From positions 2,180,327 through 2,244,326 of the forward strand of contig CM074807.1 in assembly GCA_037447605.1 (NCBI GenBank): a DNA stretch of 64,000 bases, given 5' to 3'. How positions within the stretch are numbered: position 1 is the stretch's first letter; each line of letters begins with the position of its first letter. This DNA comes from Zygnema circumcarinatum SAG 698-1b. Lineage: Eukaryota > Plantae > Zygnematophyceae. A program made the position numbers and the translations under genes. The notes below the pieces were generated by a model, which worked only from the letters and a program-made list of their open reading frames with translations, was not told the origin of the DNA and made no database searches. Positions 12,401 through 24,700 of this stretch are shown one piece after another.

Positions 12401-13270
12401 CAACCCACCAAAAACTTTCCCTGAAATATCCCGAAAACGGTAGTATCGAATGTTATCGATGACATTCAGACGGGCTAGGAGCACATTGGAATAAATTGAA
12501 ACAATAACACCAAGTGCCACTACGATAGTCGCACGAGTCCAGCCAAGAACCGGCATAATAAGGGCTGGGTAGGCTAGAAGGAAGGGAGTGATGTTTGCTG
12601 TCATCAGCTGGAATGCCACTTCCCAGGGCTTGCCTGCACATAAAGGCAAGGAGGGAAACTTGAGGGTGATCCGACTCATTCACCATTTGCACTGCACCCC
12701 TTAGGATGAAAAGTAATGACAGGGAAAAGATGGGTCAAGAACGTACTTTTGGCCATAGCATGCACAGACACGTCTTCAGAGCTGTAACTCCGATGCTCAT
12801 ATTGTTTCAACTCCAATTCAACTGCAGACAAAAAAAAAGGGAGCAGATAAGACTGTTAAGCCTCTTCTTTTCTGGGAGGAGTACAGTCCATGGATGTCGC
12901 ATCCAATCAGCAGATACAGCGGGTGAAAACCATCAAGCTGCTAATCTAATGAAGTCACAAGTTTAAGGCCCTGAGAACTACTGTATCTATCTACTTTAGC
13001 TCATCAGGGCTTAATAGCTGAGGGTGAATGTTTCAACCTTGGGACAGATTTGTTGCCTGATGCTCCAAGAAGCTTTTCTAACAACGAGCAAAACCCCTTT
13101 GAGCTCGAGTGCTTAGACCAGTCGTTATACAGGGCAATGCGCATGCACTTCACTTTCAGAGTTTCTTAAGAGAAAAAAACAAACTCCTATGTCCAGGCTA
13201 GGTGAAGTATTGAAGCATTTCCAGTGTACAGCTGCCACTCACCATCCTTGGAAATTGGCTCCACTTCCAT
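9468..13270 (-). CDS. Amino acid/auxin permease (AAAP) family transporter, ProT/GAT-like; 5' exons tentative
   Basis: Exons encode KPWEVAFQLMTANITPFLLAYPALIMPVLGW...YYRFRDISGKVFG, FVYNPVLLPEIQ|ATIE, GFWAYG..., TPIFEAID, FLAAMLPFFGGVVALAG and AIGSIQSIIADSSTYQLFAST* (stop 9468). These parallel my recollection of ProT motifs (DSWFQ..., HIRYRDLAG, LPEIQAT, PFFG, YxLF). The putative start exon MEVEPISKD at 13270 is less certain. Confidence 0.85.
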
Positions 13271-14187
13271 TTCTGGGTTTTAAGGAGGAACCTACACCAT
13301 GTCAGCACGTTGAAATTTTTTTTTTAAAAAGAAAAATGCAACGAAAGCGATCATAACCTTGAAGGCATTCGCCAAAACGCTGGACAAAGAGCAGCAACAA
13401 TATTGCCTAACACTGGAAACATCAAGATGCATTTCATGGCTTCTATTTCATTGTGCCAGCCACTTCAAGAGCTTATACTTCAAACATCCAGTCAATTAAA
13501 CTCAAAGTGTCCGTTCCGACCGCGACAGAAGTAGGCAGAATAACATTCTTGGGAAGGGCTTGCTCATTGGTTCACGGTAAAGAAACCAATTGGCATGAAC
13601 TCCACATGAATGCGATGCATACAGATTCCTGGCTGTATATATACTCTCTGGACTCAGTTGTTTTCATGCCACGGGACGTCACAAGACTGGTCATTCCGTC
13701 GGCATTTCCTAATGCTTTCAATGTCATGACGCTCTCTTGTCACTCGGCCATAGGCTGGTTCTCACAACTTCAGGACGTCCTATGCTTGCATATGTTATGT
13801 ATTTCAACACATCCTCGTCACGGTCGCCTCGACATTGCCTCCGTCCTTGCTAAATCGCTTGATTCCAAAAGCTATATAATTTTTTTAAAATCAAGCATGT
13901 TCAGCTTTCAGTTCCATTTATTGCATTTCCAAGACAAAGACGCGGACTTTAAGCTACTTAAGAACCTGAACTCTGTATTTTTCTTCAATAGGTCATAACC
14001 ACAATCCTGACTGTGATCCCAACTGCTTGCATCCGTTTGCTTCAGTCGTTACCCGTGCAGGCACTGAAATCGCCCTCTGCAGCTTGAGGCCTCCCGCTGC
14101 CAGCTTAGACACTGACTCCACGGGTGAACTTCGCGACCCCGCCCGCCCACAGATGGCACAACACCAAATGCCGAATGCAGCCGGACA

Positions 14188-14246
14188 GCCAGGCAGGCAG
14201 GCAGGCTGCTGGCGGCCATGGCTGCCTGCCTGCCTGCTTGCCTGGC
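14188..14246. repeat. GC-rich hairpin formed by opposed (GGCA)n/(TGCC)n tracts (~19-bp stem, 21-nt loop)
   Basis: gccaggcaggcaggcaggc ... gcctgcctgcttgcctggc. Confidence 0.75.
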
Positions 14247-14379
14247 GCAGGCCATTATTGCTGCACGCGGCATTAGGGCCCGCCCCTATAATTGGACGCC
14301 CGGCGCCTGCGCCGCTCCTTCCAGCCTTCACGCCCGCCCGCATGTGCGAAAATAAAATTCTACCTTATAAATGGAAAAA

Positions 14380-14526
14380 TGCTATCTACACACCCTTTCG
14401 TCTAGATACACACCTTTTGTCCAGATGCACGTCTTTTATGACGGTTAGGTTTATTTGAAGAGTTTTTATGGTATTGGAGGTGATTTTAGAGGTGTGTATT
14501 TAGACAAGAAAGGTGTGTTAATAGTA
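14380..14526. mobile_element. MITE-like non-autonomous element, copy 1 (terminal inverted repeats built from doubled TACACACC motifs)
   Basis: Left end tgctatctacacaccctttcgtctagatacacacc; right end ggtgtgtatttagacaagaaaggtgtgttaatagta; AT-rich interior. A related copy lies at ~25725-25854. No clear target-site duplication. Confidence 0.6.
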
Positions 14527-15470
14527 ATCCCCCTTTGTTTTCCGAGAATTGCTAGTTCCAAACTCTTCTGCTCCTGCTGTGGTTGGTTGTTTTTGCTTCG
14601 GTTTGTCGTGGATCTCCACAGACTGACGTGATTCCGGATAGAAGATTTATCAGGTTATTGGCCTGTCTGTTTGTCCTATTCTGTTTCGGTGAAAAGGTAT
14701 GTGACATGTGATATGCTCCGATGTGTGACGTCCGCAGGTCGTCCGCGCTTTTTAACGCGAAATCTGGGAGAGATCGTGAGAGTGGGAAGGGCCGGAGCAA
14801 GATAGAGCGACAGCAAGGGAGAGAGCGAGGGAAAAGTCGAAGAAATTTATGCTTCAAATTGAGAGAGTGAGAGAGAGGGAGTGAGTGATACTTCTTCATC
14901 CATGCCCGCAAAGAGTAAGTGCAAAAAATTATCGACTGGAGACGCCAATCTTTCTGCGTCATTATTGCCCCGACGACGCTCATACAGATATCCCTATCTA
15001 GTGCCAAGTCATGGCTGCTGCTGACACAGTCTAAGACCCATGAGCTTTTTCTAAAGAGAACAGGAGGGCTATGCTCTGCAAGCTTGCCATTAAGTTGCTC
15101 GATTAGAACCAAAAGATCTGCCGGACAGATTTGCAGTTGCGCTGAATTCAAGCTCCAACTGGGATTGATGGGAGCCGAAATGAGCAGGTGAATGATGAAT
15201 GAGCATTAAGCGTCCGATGAAAGGTAGAACTAAGGTAAAGGAAAGGCTCTCAGACTTCAAAGGGAAAAGGGGTAGGACAAATGCAGTCCTCTTCTGTCTA
15301 GTCTTTTGGCGCTTCACGGTAAACGAGTAACCGAGTGACTAACGAGACCCGGAGCAAGATTGCAATGGGACAAGTTTGTTTAAAATTACAAATATGCAAC
15401 CGGAAGGATAAAAATTAGACTGATGGTCGGGTATCGCTAAGGAAAAAAACCTTCACGAAGCAGGTCGTTT

Positions 15471-18024
15471 TCAAGGCACTCTCGTCGGGTCCCAGCCGGT
15501 GCAATAGTCCTCATTGCATAAGTCCAATTTATACACATCTGCATGCACAATCTCGAAACTGTATACCTGTCCAAGGGGTCCCCCAACTTTTAGCAGCCAG
15601 TAGACAGCCTGTGCGTTTTCTCAGCAGCTAAATAAACAAGCCTCAGCCACTTTAGATATGAAAAGCAATCGCAGGTTGGCAGCAATGGCAGGAGGATACT
15701 ACGTACTAGCGACATAATCCGTAGATAAAGCAAACTGTAAGAAGCTAACAAACACGTGGGCCATTGAACAGTATTTGATGCTCCGTTTCTCAGAAGAAGA
15801 TTCAGTCACGTAGCCAAGGCACAGTTCAGGACACTCCAAGAACAGGTACACAGAGTTTGCCACCAGCAGCTTCTTCAAAGGGACGGTACAAGCAGCAGGA
15901 TGGGGTCCTAACTGAGTAGTTTGTTCAGTTACAGAGTAAGTTGGATTTTCTGTTGCTCAGAATGGACCAGGGCTCACCTGTGCATTCGCGGCTATATGGG
16001 CAGGATTCGACGACCTGGGCAATGGGATGTATCCCTTCTGTAAACTCCACCGGATCAGGAGTTGTGCAGGTGACACTTTGTAACGGCTTGCCATCTGCAT
16101 AACGGCACTTACCTTATTCAGACTCACCCTCGCTACAGAGGTACAGTTCATTGCTCCATTCTGCCAACATGCAGCCTCCTCCGCACAAAACACGGGCTAG
16201 CTAAGAGCAGCACGAGCCTAATGACAGCATTTTAGCCCGATGTTCTACCTCTTCCACGGTCTCATATGGAGCGATCACTAGTATGAACTGCACCACTTCT
16301 AGACATGGAAGTGAGCACTTGCAAAAATCGCACACCATTGTAAGCTGCCTGCCACGTGGTTTTGCAGCACGGAAAGGCTCGTCGGATTTGACACTAACCT
16401 CAACAAGGACCGGGTCCTTAAGTCGGCGGCCCTTAGTCAGTGGAGAGTAGGCCTGCACAGCGATGCCTCGGCGCTGGCAGTAACTCACCAACTCTACCTT
16501 TGAATTGAAGGGGTGAAGCTCAACCTGCTCTGATACCCCCAGTGTCAGCCACTCCCCGTAAGCTTTACTGCGTTTGAAGGTAGCGAAGATGCAGGAAGCC
16601 CATAAGTTGGAAGTCTATCCTTGGGCCAAACCTAGAGGAATGTTTACTTCCCACAGATTGGAGGAACCCGAGGCAAGAAAAGGAACGATCGAGTGTAAGA
16701 AAAGTGACAAAGCCTATAAAGTAGAACCTCGAACAGGAATATGGATGTCTATGAACCACTGGATGGTTGGTGTCACCTGATTTACAGCCGGACGTATTGT
16801 ACAGTGCTCGAAGAGTTCTTCCAAATGGTGTATGCCGTAGTTGCTCACTCCGATAGATCGAGCCTTCCCGCTGCGCAAGATGGTCTCGAAAGCACGCCAT
16901 GTTTCTATCCGAGCATCCAACCGCATTGGGGAGTGCACCAAGTAAAGGTCCACTGCGACCAATAAAAGCAGTCTCGTATGAATCGAAAAGGTTTTAAGAC
17001 AATTCACTGGTTGCAACGTTAAGTAAACTTAAGGTCAGGTAGACAGAGATGCAAACAGGCTACCAGCTGCTGCTGACTTACCTTAGTCAATCTGCTCGAC
17101 TAGGAGAAAGGAGAGCAGAAACAAATACCATTGAGCGGCTTCATTCGGCGTCAGGTCTGCCTCCAATGGACTATGCCAACATCTGAGTGTCTTTAATCAC
17201 ATGATACATTTCACATGGCAACCCTTTACAACATAGAGATTAATGAGTTCGCTCGTTAATAGCGCCATATAATAATTAATATTGTTACTTCATAAACGTA
17301 AATTAGACTCAATTAAGAAATTTAAGTAATTAAGAAGGCTATTGTAGCCTTACCATAGTCCAGATTCATGAGAGATAGACTCCGGTTAAAAGCCTGGAGC
17401 GCTGCCTCGTAGCCGAAGTCGGAACTCCATAATTTTGTTGTAACGAAGATGTCTTCGCGAGGTATCCCACTTGCTCGAATTGCTTTCCCTGTCTCCCCGA
17501 CCCCAAAAAAAAAAAAACTTATCACCGATGTCACCTCTGATTAGCTCCTGAAATTTCGAATTCACAGATTTTCCGACATTGAAGAAAAGTAACAAATTGA
17601 TGGCACATGGCGTAACAGCAGCAATGCACAGCTCAACTAAGGGAGCAAGCTCTTCCCATATGTCTCTGCGAATCAGCGGGAAGCACGGACAAACCTACGG
17701 CCGCTTCATTGCGGAACAGCTGTGCGGTGTCAATGTGGCGATACCCTTCCGCCAGAGCACACTGCACCACTTCCTCTGTCTCGGAGGGCGCAACCTGTTA
17801 CCAAAAACCGTGTCGTCGAATTTCAGAAGCATTCACAAAGAGCATCCCACAAGTCTCTAGGTTTCAGTTTCCTGCTCAGCCAGCTGTCAGTGGGAGCGCC
17901 ATTCATCCAAGCTGCGGACTACCTGGAACACTCCGAATCCCAGCCGAGGGACTCTCACAGCCTCCGCGTTCGGATGATTGAAGATCTCAACAAAGTCCGC
18001 GGACGGACCCGACAACGCGGCCAT
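15471..18024 (-). CDS. Aldo-keto reductase (AKR5/2,5-DKG reductase-like); Phe at the catalytic Tyr position
   Basis: Exons: MAALSGPS...VPRLGFGVFQ | VAPSETEEVVQCALAEGYRHIDTAQLFRNEAAVG | KAIRASGIPREDIFVTTKLW...LDY | VDLYLVHSP...ARSIGVSNYGIHHL...PAVNQ | ...QAYSPLTKG | SPAQLLIRWSLQKGYIPLPRSSNPAHIAANAQ | VYSFEI...TGWDPTRVP* (stop 15471). An alternative in-frame ATG lies at 18060. Confidence 0.92.
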
Positions 18025-18199
18025 GGCTCCCCTCTCGCCCGTCCTTCCAGCATCACCCATGTCGCCGTCGGTCCCCAGCAGGGTCCCTGCCCGGTCCCCG
18101 AAGCCCTCGCGGAGCGCGGAGGCCGTCAGCTATCCCGCTCGGGTCCCTGCGCTTCCGTGTACGAAACGTAAAGCTTCCAGTTATTTGTACGGTTAACTA

Positions 18200-18620
18200 A
18201 ACCCGTACATATATTTAGAAGCACATTCATCCTACGAATATGCTCGAATGTGACACCTGGCGGGCGGTAGGCTCGCCACGTGTCGTGGGCGGAACTTTTG
18301 GTCAACTGGGCTCTCGTGGTTTTTCCTCGGCCGATATTTGTCCTTTCTGGACTGCCGTACAGCCATACGCTCGTGCCAAACGTCGGCGTGCCCAATCGGA
18401 TGCGTCCGTCACATGTGCCAAGTCGGGGATCTCCGCAGGCTCCGGGCCGGTGACACGTGTGGGCGCGCGTGGCCCAGAGCGCGGCAGGCGGGCGCGCGCG
18501 TGGGCGGCGGAGGGCCGTCGCGCGCACGCGCGGGGGACGAATCGCGGCGCAGAGACGACCCTGGGGCGTGGCGCCGCGCCACGTGGCGCCAAGCCCTATA
18601 CGGTTCAAGGTGTTCCCGCC
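18200..18620. promoter_or_regulatory. GC-rich bidirectional promoter between AKR (-) and ABC1K (+), with three CACGTG G-box/ABRE-like motifs
   Basis: The ATGs diverge (18024 and 18747). CACGTG occurs at 18277, 18454 and 18580, in contexts CCACGTGTC, GACACGTGT and GCCACGTGGC. Confidence 0.65.
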
Positions 18621-18746
18621 GTCGCCAGGAAGTTAAGACTGCTGTAGGAAGAGGTCCAAAGGGGGAGTGACGGAAAGGGAGCAGAGAGAGAGGGAAAGGG
18701 AGAGGGGAGAGGGAGAGGGAGAGAGGAGTGTGGAAAAGAGGAGGAC

Positions 18747-21700
18747 ATGGTGGGCGGGGCAGCACTTGGCTGCAGAGCTTTGCTCGCATCTGCAGGTGCG
18801 GTAGGCAGAGCGGAAGCTTTTGGAAGGGTGACCGAGGATGCGCTTTCTTCTCCACGAGTGCGAGCACAATACAGTGCTTGCGGTTGTGGAGGCGGGAGGG
18901 ATGGGTTTGAAAGGCAAGCTGGATCTAGAAAAGCGAGCCGAAGAAGGGTCGTGGAGGTCAGTGTCTGTACTGGACGTGCAGGATCCTTGCAGCGGAGTTT
19001 CTTAAGGCAGGGGGAGGCGTCAGATTTATGTGTTATCCCGACGCGTAGAGTTTTGCAAAAGTCTACTTTCAGAGGAGGCCTTAGAAGGAGTAGAGATATT
19101 GGTTCGTCAACTTCGGATCGCTCGCATGGTGCGGTTACTGTCGCTGCGCTGCCAGATTATGTTGCAGACGGGGGTAAAATCGCTGAAACGGCAGATTCCC
19201 TTCGTAAATTTTTTCAGACAGAAGTGCAACAGCTGAGCAGCCGGCTCGGTCAGTTGAAGGGAGAACTTAATCTTGCCAGTCTTGACGCTGCTAAGGAGAA
19301 ATTTATTCTAGTAGCAGACGTCACAAGGCAGGCAGTAGTGTTCGCTGTTGGGAATATTCAGGACACCGCCTCATTTATGACAGAGTCAGCTTCTAAGCTG
19401 CTATTATCCGGTACGGCTGTAGCCTTATCACCTGACAGAAGCTTGGGCAAGCTCGGGCACTCTGCTTCCGCAGTACTGCAGGTGCGTTGTAGGAATTCCC
19501 ATTGCAGCAGGATCAGTGACCGAGCTGGCCCTATAATGAATGTGCTTGGTCGGATGTTGACACTTCATAACTTTACATAAAATGTCAAGGTACCTGTCTT
19601 TGTCCGAGCTTGAATGTGTGTGACTTTCTCGAACACGTGAATGCTGCAAGGGCAGTTGCTAATGTCGTTGAGAAGATAACTTAATCAGTGTTTAAATTTA
19701 AAAATAAAAAATTAAGTTCTATCTTACCCAAGTAACTCTTGCAATTTTTGATAATCGTAACGAACAACTTTGTCCTTTGGCCTTTGGGATGGGTTGAACA
19801 GAGTGCAGGAAGTTTAGCTGTCCATGTTAGCGATAGAGTCACATCAGCTGCAGCAAACATTCAAGAGGACCCTATTTTGGCGTTTGTCACAGCAGAGCAC
19901 AAAATTGTAGAAATTATAGGCGGAATAGCTTCTTCGACGACTCTATCTACTCTGGTGTTTATTCAGCAACCTGAAGTTCTTCCAGTGGCAGCTTGTGTCA
20001 CTGGGTTGACACTTGGTACCGCCTTTGGAAATGTGTTAGTTCAAGTGTTGACCATAACCAGTCAAGGTGAGGAACTCCCTTCAAGATATGATCCGGAAGC
20101 AATTGCTGCGTACTTTAAGCGGAGGCCTCTGGAAGTTCTAGTGCGGTCCGTGAAAGTCTTTGCTGAAAGTTCAGTTTTAGTTGCCAAAGTATTCATTGAT
20201 CGAGCAGCGGGAGTAGAGCAAGAAAATGAGCGAGTACGAGCAAAGGAGCTAGTGGACCTCATTACACGTCTGGGCCCAACTGCAATAAAGGTCAGTTCTC
20301 AATTTTCTTCAGCAGTCGCTCTTCTCCTTTTGTGCGGTGAAAGTTAACCAATTCAGGGCTAACGGCATCAGGCCAACAGAGAGCGGGCAGCTGAAGTCTG
20401 GTTTCAAACGTTGTTCTCGATTCATCATGCTTGTTACGTGGTTTAGAGCTTTTGAGCGGGCACTTGCAGCGTCTTGAATACTTCTCAGCGTATCTGTTGT
20501 TTCCTGTACATGGCTCATCGTGGATGTGTAAACTGGTCGGTAAGACGTGCATGTAGATTTTTAGATTTAATGTGTCCCTGGATAATCATTTATATTCATT
20601 TGGTGGAAAGCTGAACATTCATGTGGGAGATTTACTTGTGGCGTAGTCCGGCACGCAACACTGTTTGTGTCATCTGGGGCAATTACACATTCGTCAATTC
20701 TGCATGTTGTACGATGCATGCAGGTTGGTCAAGCGCTTAGTATCCGACCAGATCTCCTGTCAGTGGCGTATCTGGAGGAGCTTCAGACTCTTCAAGACAG
20801 AGTACCTTCCTTTTCCAATGAGGAGGCACAGAAAATTATCAAAGAGGGTCTAGGCCGCCCTGCTGAAACAATTTACACCGACATGTCGAAGGAGCCTGTA
20901 GCAGCGGCATCATTGGGACAGGTAAATGAGGCTTTTCAGACTTCACGCGATTTGAAGTGTTCAGAACTAAATTTTTACACTCGAGCTACTCCATTAGTTT
21001 TCATCCTCAGTGGGGTTAATAGAGTTAAGAAGGGCTGGAGGACCTAATTGAACATGTTTCATTTAAAACTACATATCTTAAAGTCTTGACCTTCATCTTG
21101 ATCTTTCAACTTCTTTTGCCCATTCTTGCATGGAGAAGTATAAACCTTCCTTAAGGTTCAGGCTCAGTATTCCGTTATTTGCCCATTCTTGCATGGAGAA
21201 GTATAAACCTTCTTTAAGGTTCAGGCTCGGTATTCCGTAACTCTCAGCAGCGAGTCAGATTGTCACTTGTTGTCGCGCGGAGAAGAGCAAGCTGAGCTGA
21301 TGTATTGCAGACATGACAATTCGATGGTTCAGTTCAAGTCAACATATTCCTGAAAGAGCTAGTCTTCTTGTTCTCATGGCGAGCAGATGTCAAGGAGTAC
21401 GCCTTGTCTTACAGTGTTTTGTTCTGTGCGAGACAATGTATGGCAACGCAGGTATACAAAGCGCGGTTGCGTGAAACTGGAGATGTGGTAGCAGTGAAAG
21501 TGCAGCGGCCAGGAGTGCTGGAAGGAATTTGTCTTGACCTTTACATTCTGCGCATAATGGCTGGTGTAACTGAGCTGCTGCCGACCGTGCACTCAGATCT
21601 AAAGGCAGTCCTGGATAACTGGGCACGACGTTTCTTCGATGAACTCGACTATGTGCAGGAGGTGAGATGAAGAGTCCTACACATGACGTACAGAATGCTT

Positions 21701-24700
21701 TGGCAGGGGGGAAATGGCGTTGATCTGTTAATGTTGTTACGGCTAGGCAGGAGGAAACTCTGTGTGAATTCTTTTCAAGTTTTGATTGCATTTTTCTGGC
21801 AATCTGCGTTTTTTAGTTGCTCTTGTTGTGTGGAGGAAAGGATCATAGTCCGAAGCTGAGGTTGATGTAAGGCTGAGGTTGCAGGGAAAGAATGCTCAAC
21901 GTTTTGCACATGATATGCGGTTTCTGAAGAACGTCAGGGTGCCACAACTACATCCACGGTTCACGTCTCGGAAGGTTAGTTATGATGCCATGCTCCTACC
22001 TGAGACATGATTCACATGCTTTCTTCGTCAACACCGTAGATCACCCGTTCATTCTCTCTGCATTGGTTTTCATGTCTTGGTGCTATCAACAGAAGTTAAA
22101 TTTGCCACTCCGGTTGTCAGGGCCTAAAGAAGGAAAAAGCTGTTAGTGGTTAAAGCTTTTCTTCTATTTCAGCACTTAGTAATGAAGGCCACTGCTTTCT
22201 CGTTAATAGGGCGTGTCAATATTTGACGTTTCCATAAAACTAGAATTTGAAATAGTACATGTATTCCCGGTAAGCTCGTAATCTAAGGTACTATTTCCGA
22301 AATAAATCCTCAAGTGGAACGTCAAAGGTTGGCGCGCTCTAACGGCCGCGCATTCCTAAATCCCTTGAAAGGAGTTCAACGGTGCTCACTCCTCAGAAGC
22401 TTGGATTCAATTGGAAGTTTTATCCTTCCAACAGTTTCATGATGAACCTGGTGTGGTAGGCGCTTGCAATAGAGTGCCGTACCTGACAGTAGCCTTGCTT
22501 TGAGACTCTATACACTTTTGTCAAACCAAAACGAATAAACGCTGAGAAGTGAACATAGAGTCCTTCGAGCTCTCTGACTCTGAATTGATCGATGTGTTAT
22601 TCAATGCAAAACTACGATACAATCCGTCTCATATGTGCATGGGTTGGCATCGACTTGCAGGTGTTGACATCAGAGTGGGTGGAAGGAGAGAAGCTGTCAG
22701 AGAGTACGGCCCCAGATATTAGCAGCTTAGTCACAACTGCTCTTAATTGCTATCTGATTCAACTTCTCGAGACAGGCTTCCTGCATGCGGATCCGCATCC
22801 TGGAAATCTTTTGAGGACACCTGATGGGAAGCTCTGTGTACTTGATTTTGGCCTCATGACCGAGGTAGGTGCTACTGCCGCTGATGCTGCTGAGACCCAT
22901 GCTTTATACGTGCGCATGGCTTGCAAAGGCTCATACAACAACGCAGCATGAACATGCCGTGCTAGCATGGCCATTATCATGGACTTGTAGTGTCAGGCAG
23001 TGGAGATAAGCTCAGCTGGTGGTTCCTAAGAAATCAAGGGATGATGGTTCATGCATGGCATGGGGCTGCAGGTTACTGTGGACCAGCAATATGCACTGAT
23101 TGAATACATATCACACCTTGTGAATAGTGACTTCGAGCGCGTTGCAGAGGACCTTGTAGTACTTGGGTTCGTGCCGCCTGAATTGGTGGATCCTGAAAAG
23201 ACAGCGGCTGTTGTGCCCCAACTCAGCAGAGTGTTGGGTCAGTTAGTCCAAGGAGGCGGCGCCCGCTATGTCAACATAGCACAGGTACAATCCTGCGCTA
23301 TACTCGCTGGTGAAACTATTGAAGATATCACCGTAGTTCGAGTCATCTCGGGCTGTGGAATGTAGTGAACTGTCTGCACCTGTTTACATCATGTTCTCTC
23401 ACTTATGTGGTATAATCTTCAGGAAGTAGCCAATTGAACTTGGTGTTCTATAAGCATAAGTCGTTAAAGAATTGAGCGTGGCGGAGGGGTCTGCAGGTAA
23501 CTGATGATCTTTCCCGGATGGCGGAGGAGTATGTGTTCGTCATCCCTCCGTATTTCGCGCTCATCCTTCGAGCGTTCTCAGTGTTGGAGGGTATCGGACT
23601 TGCGAACGATGTGAACTACGCGATTGTGGATGAATGCTACCCTTATGTTTCCAAGCGTCTCATTACGGATGACAGGTATGAATAGTATAGACTAGAAGAG
23701 AATTGGATGGGATGTCACCATTCGCATGTGCCATTGTGAGCTGTAACATATCATACCGAACAAACCTGCTATTTCCCAAAAAATGCAATTGTACGGAAAA
23801 AAAAACTGACTTTTACTGTTTGTTCTGCAGCCCTCGTGCGCGAGCTGCCCTACGTTATTTTCTTTATGGCAAGGGAGACCGTCTGAATGTGGAGCGAGTA
23901 GAGGACATGCTTGCGGGATTTCAAACATTCCGAGAGCTCATGGCACCAACGAATGGAGGAAATGGAGCTATTGTGGTCCGAAAGGAGCCCAGAGTCGATT
24001 CAGCAGCGCGCGAAGCGCTGCAGCTTGTGTTCGCACCTGAGGGGAGTTACTTGCAAGAGCTGCTTCTGACGGAGGTATCAGATCGATGAATGACCTATGC
24101 CAGGAGGAATCCGCTCTTTTCCTGTGTTTTTTGTAGACGAGAAATCGGAAACTGTCTATATCACCTATCGCGGCTTACAATGTTCTCCCGAGTGAATACT
24201 TTTTCAGGTGGTTCGAGCTGTCGATGCCTTGTCACGTGAAGCGCAAGCAGCAGCATGGGGATTCATTGCATCTCGAGCGGTATTGCCCTTGCCAGCCTCC
24301 ATGTCTATACCGGGAACATGGCCTTTACCTCTTCCTGGAATGATGGCCGGAATCATCAGAGGAGAATGGTTTACAGGACGTTTGTCGGAGGAGGATCAGC
24401 AGGAGCTCCTCACTGTACGAAGACTGTGGGCAGTATTGGAACCACAGTTCTCTCAGACAGCCTCGCCTGCCTCTCCTGCTGGTGAGCTCGCTCCCTACGT
24501 CTGTAGCAACTTCTTTTTGCAGTATAGTCAGTCGTCCTTGAATCTTACTGTCAAAAAATGTCCTGTAGCCCGCCTTCGCTAATGTTGAGTTTCTCCTTGC
24601 AGATGTTCTCGAGATTGTAAGAGATACATTCCCCCTCGTTCAAGATATCGGACCCGGTATGGCTGTGGCCGTCCAGCGGTTTGTCGTCATGCTGCTGCAG

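Noticed and set aside
14552-15317. 199-aa minus ORF and neighbouring short ORFs as a gene or retroelement relic
   Set aside because: No recognisable motif; the ORF runs through a GA-rich low-complexity tract.
22438-22492. Possible intronic C/D-box snoRNA (ATGATGA...CTGA)
   Set aside because: Too short, with no terminal stem and no rRNA-complementary guide that I can recognise.
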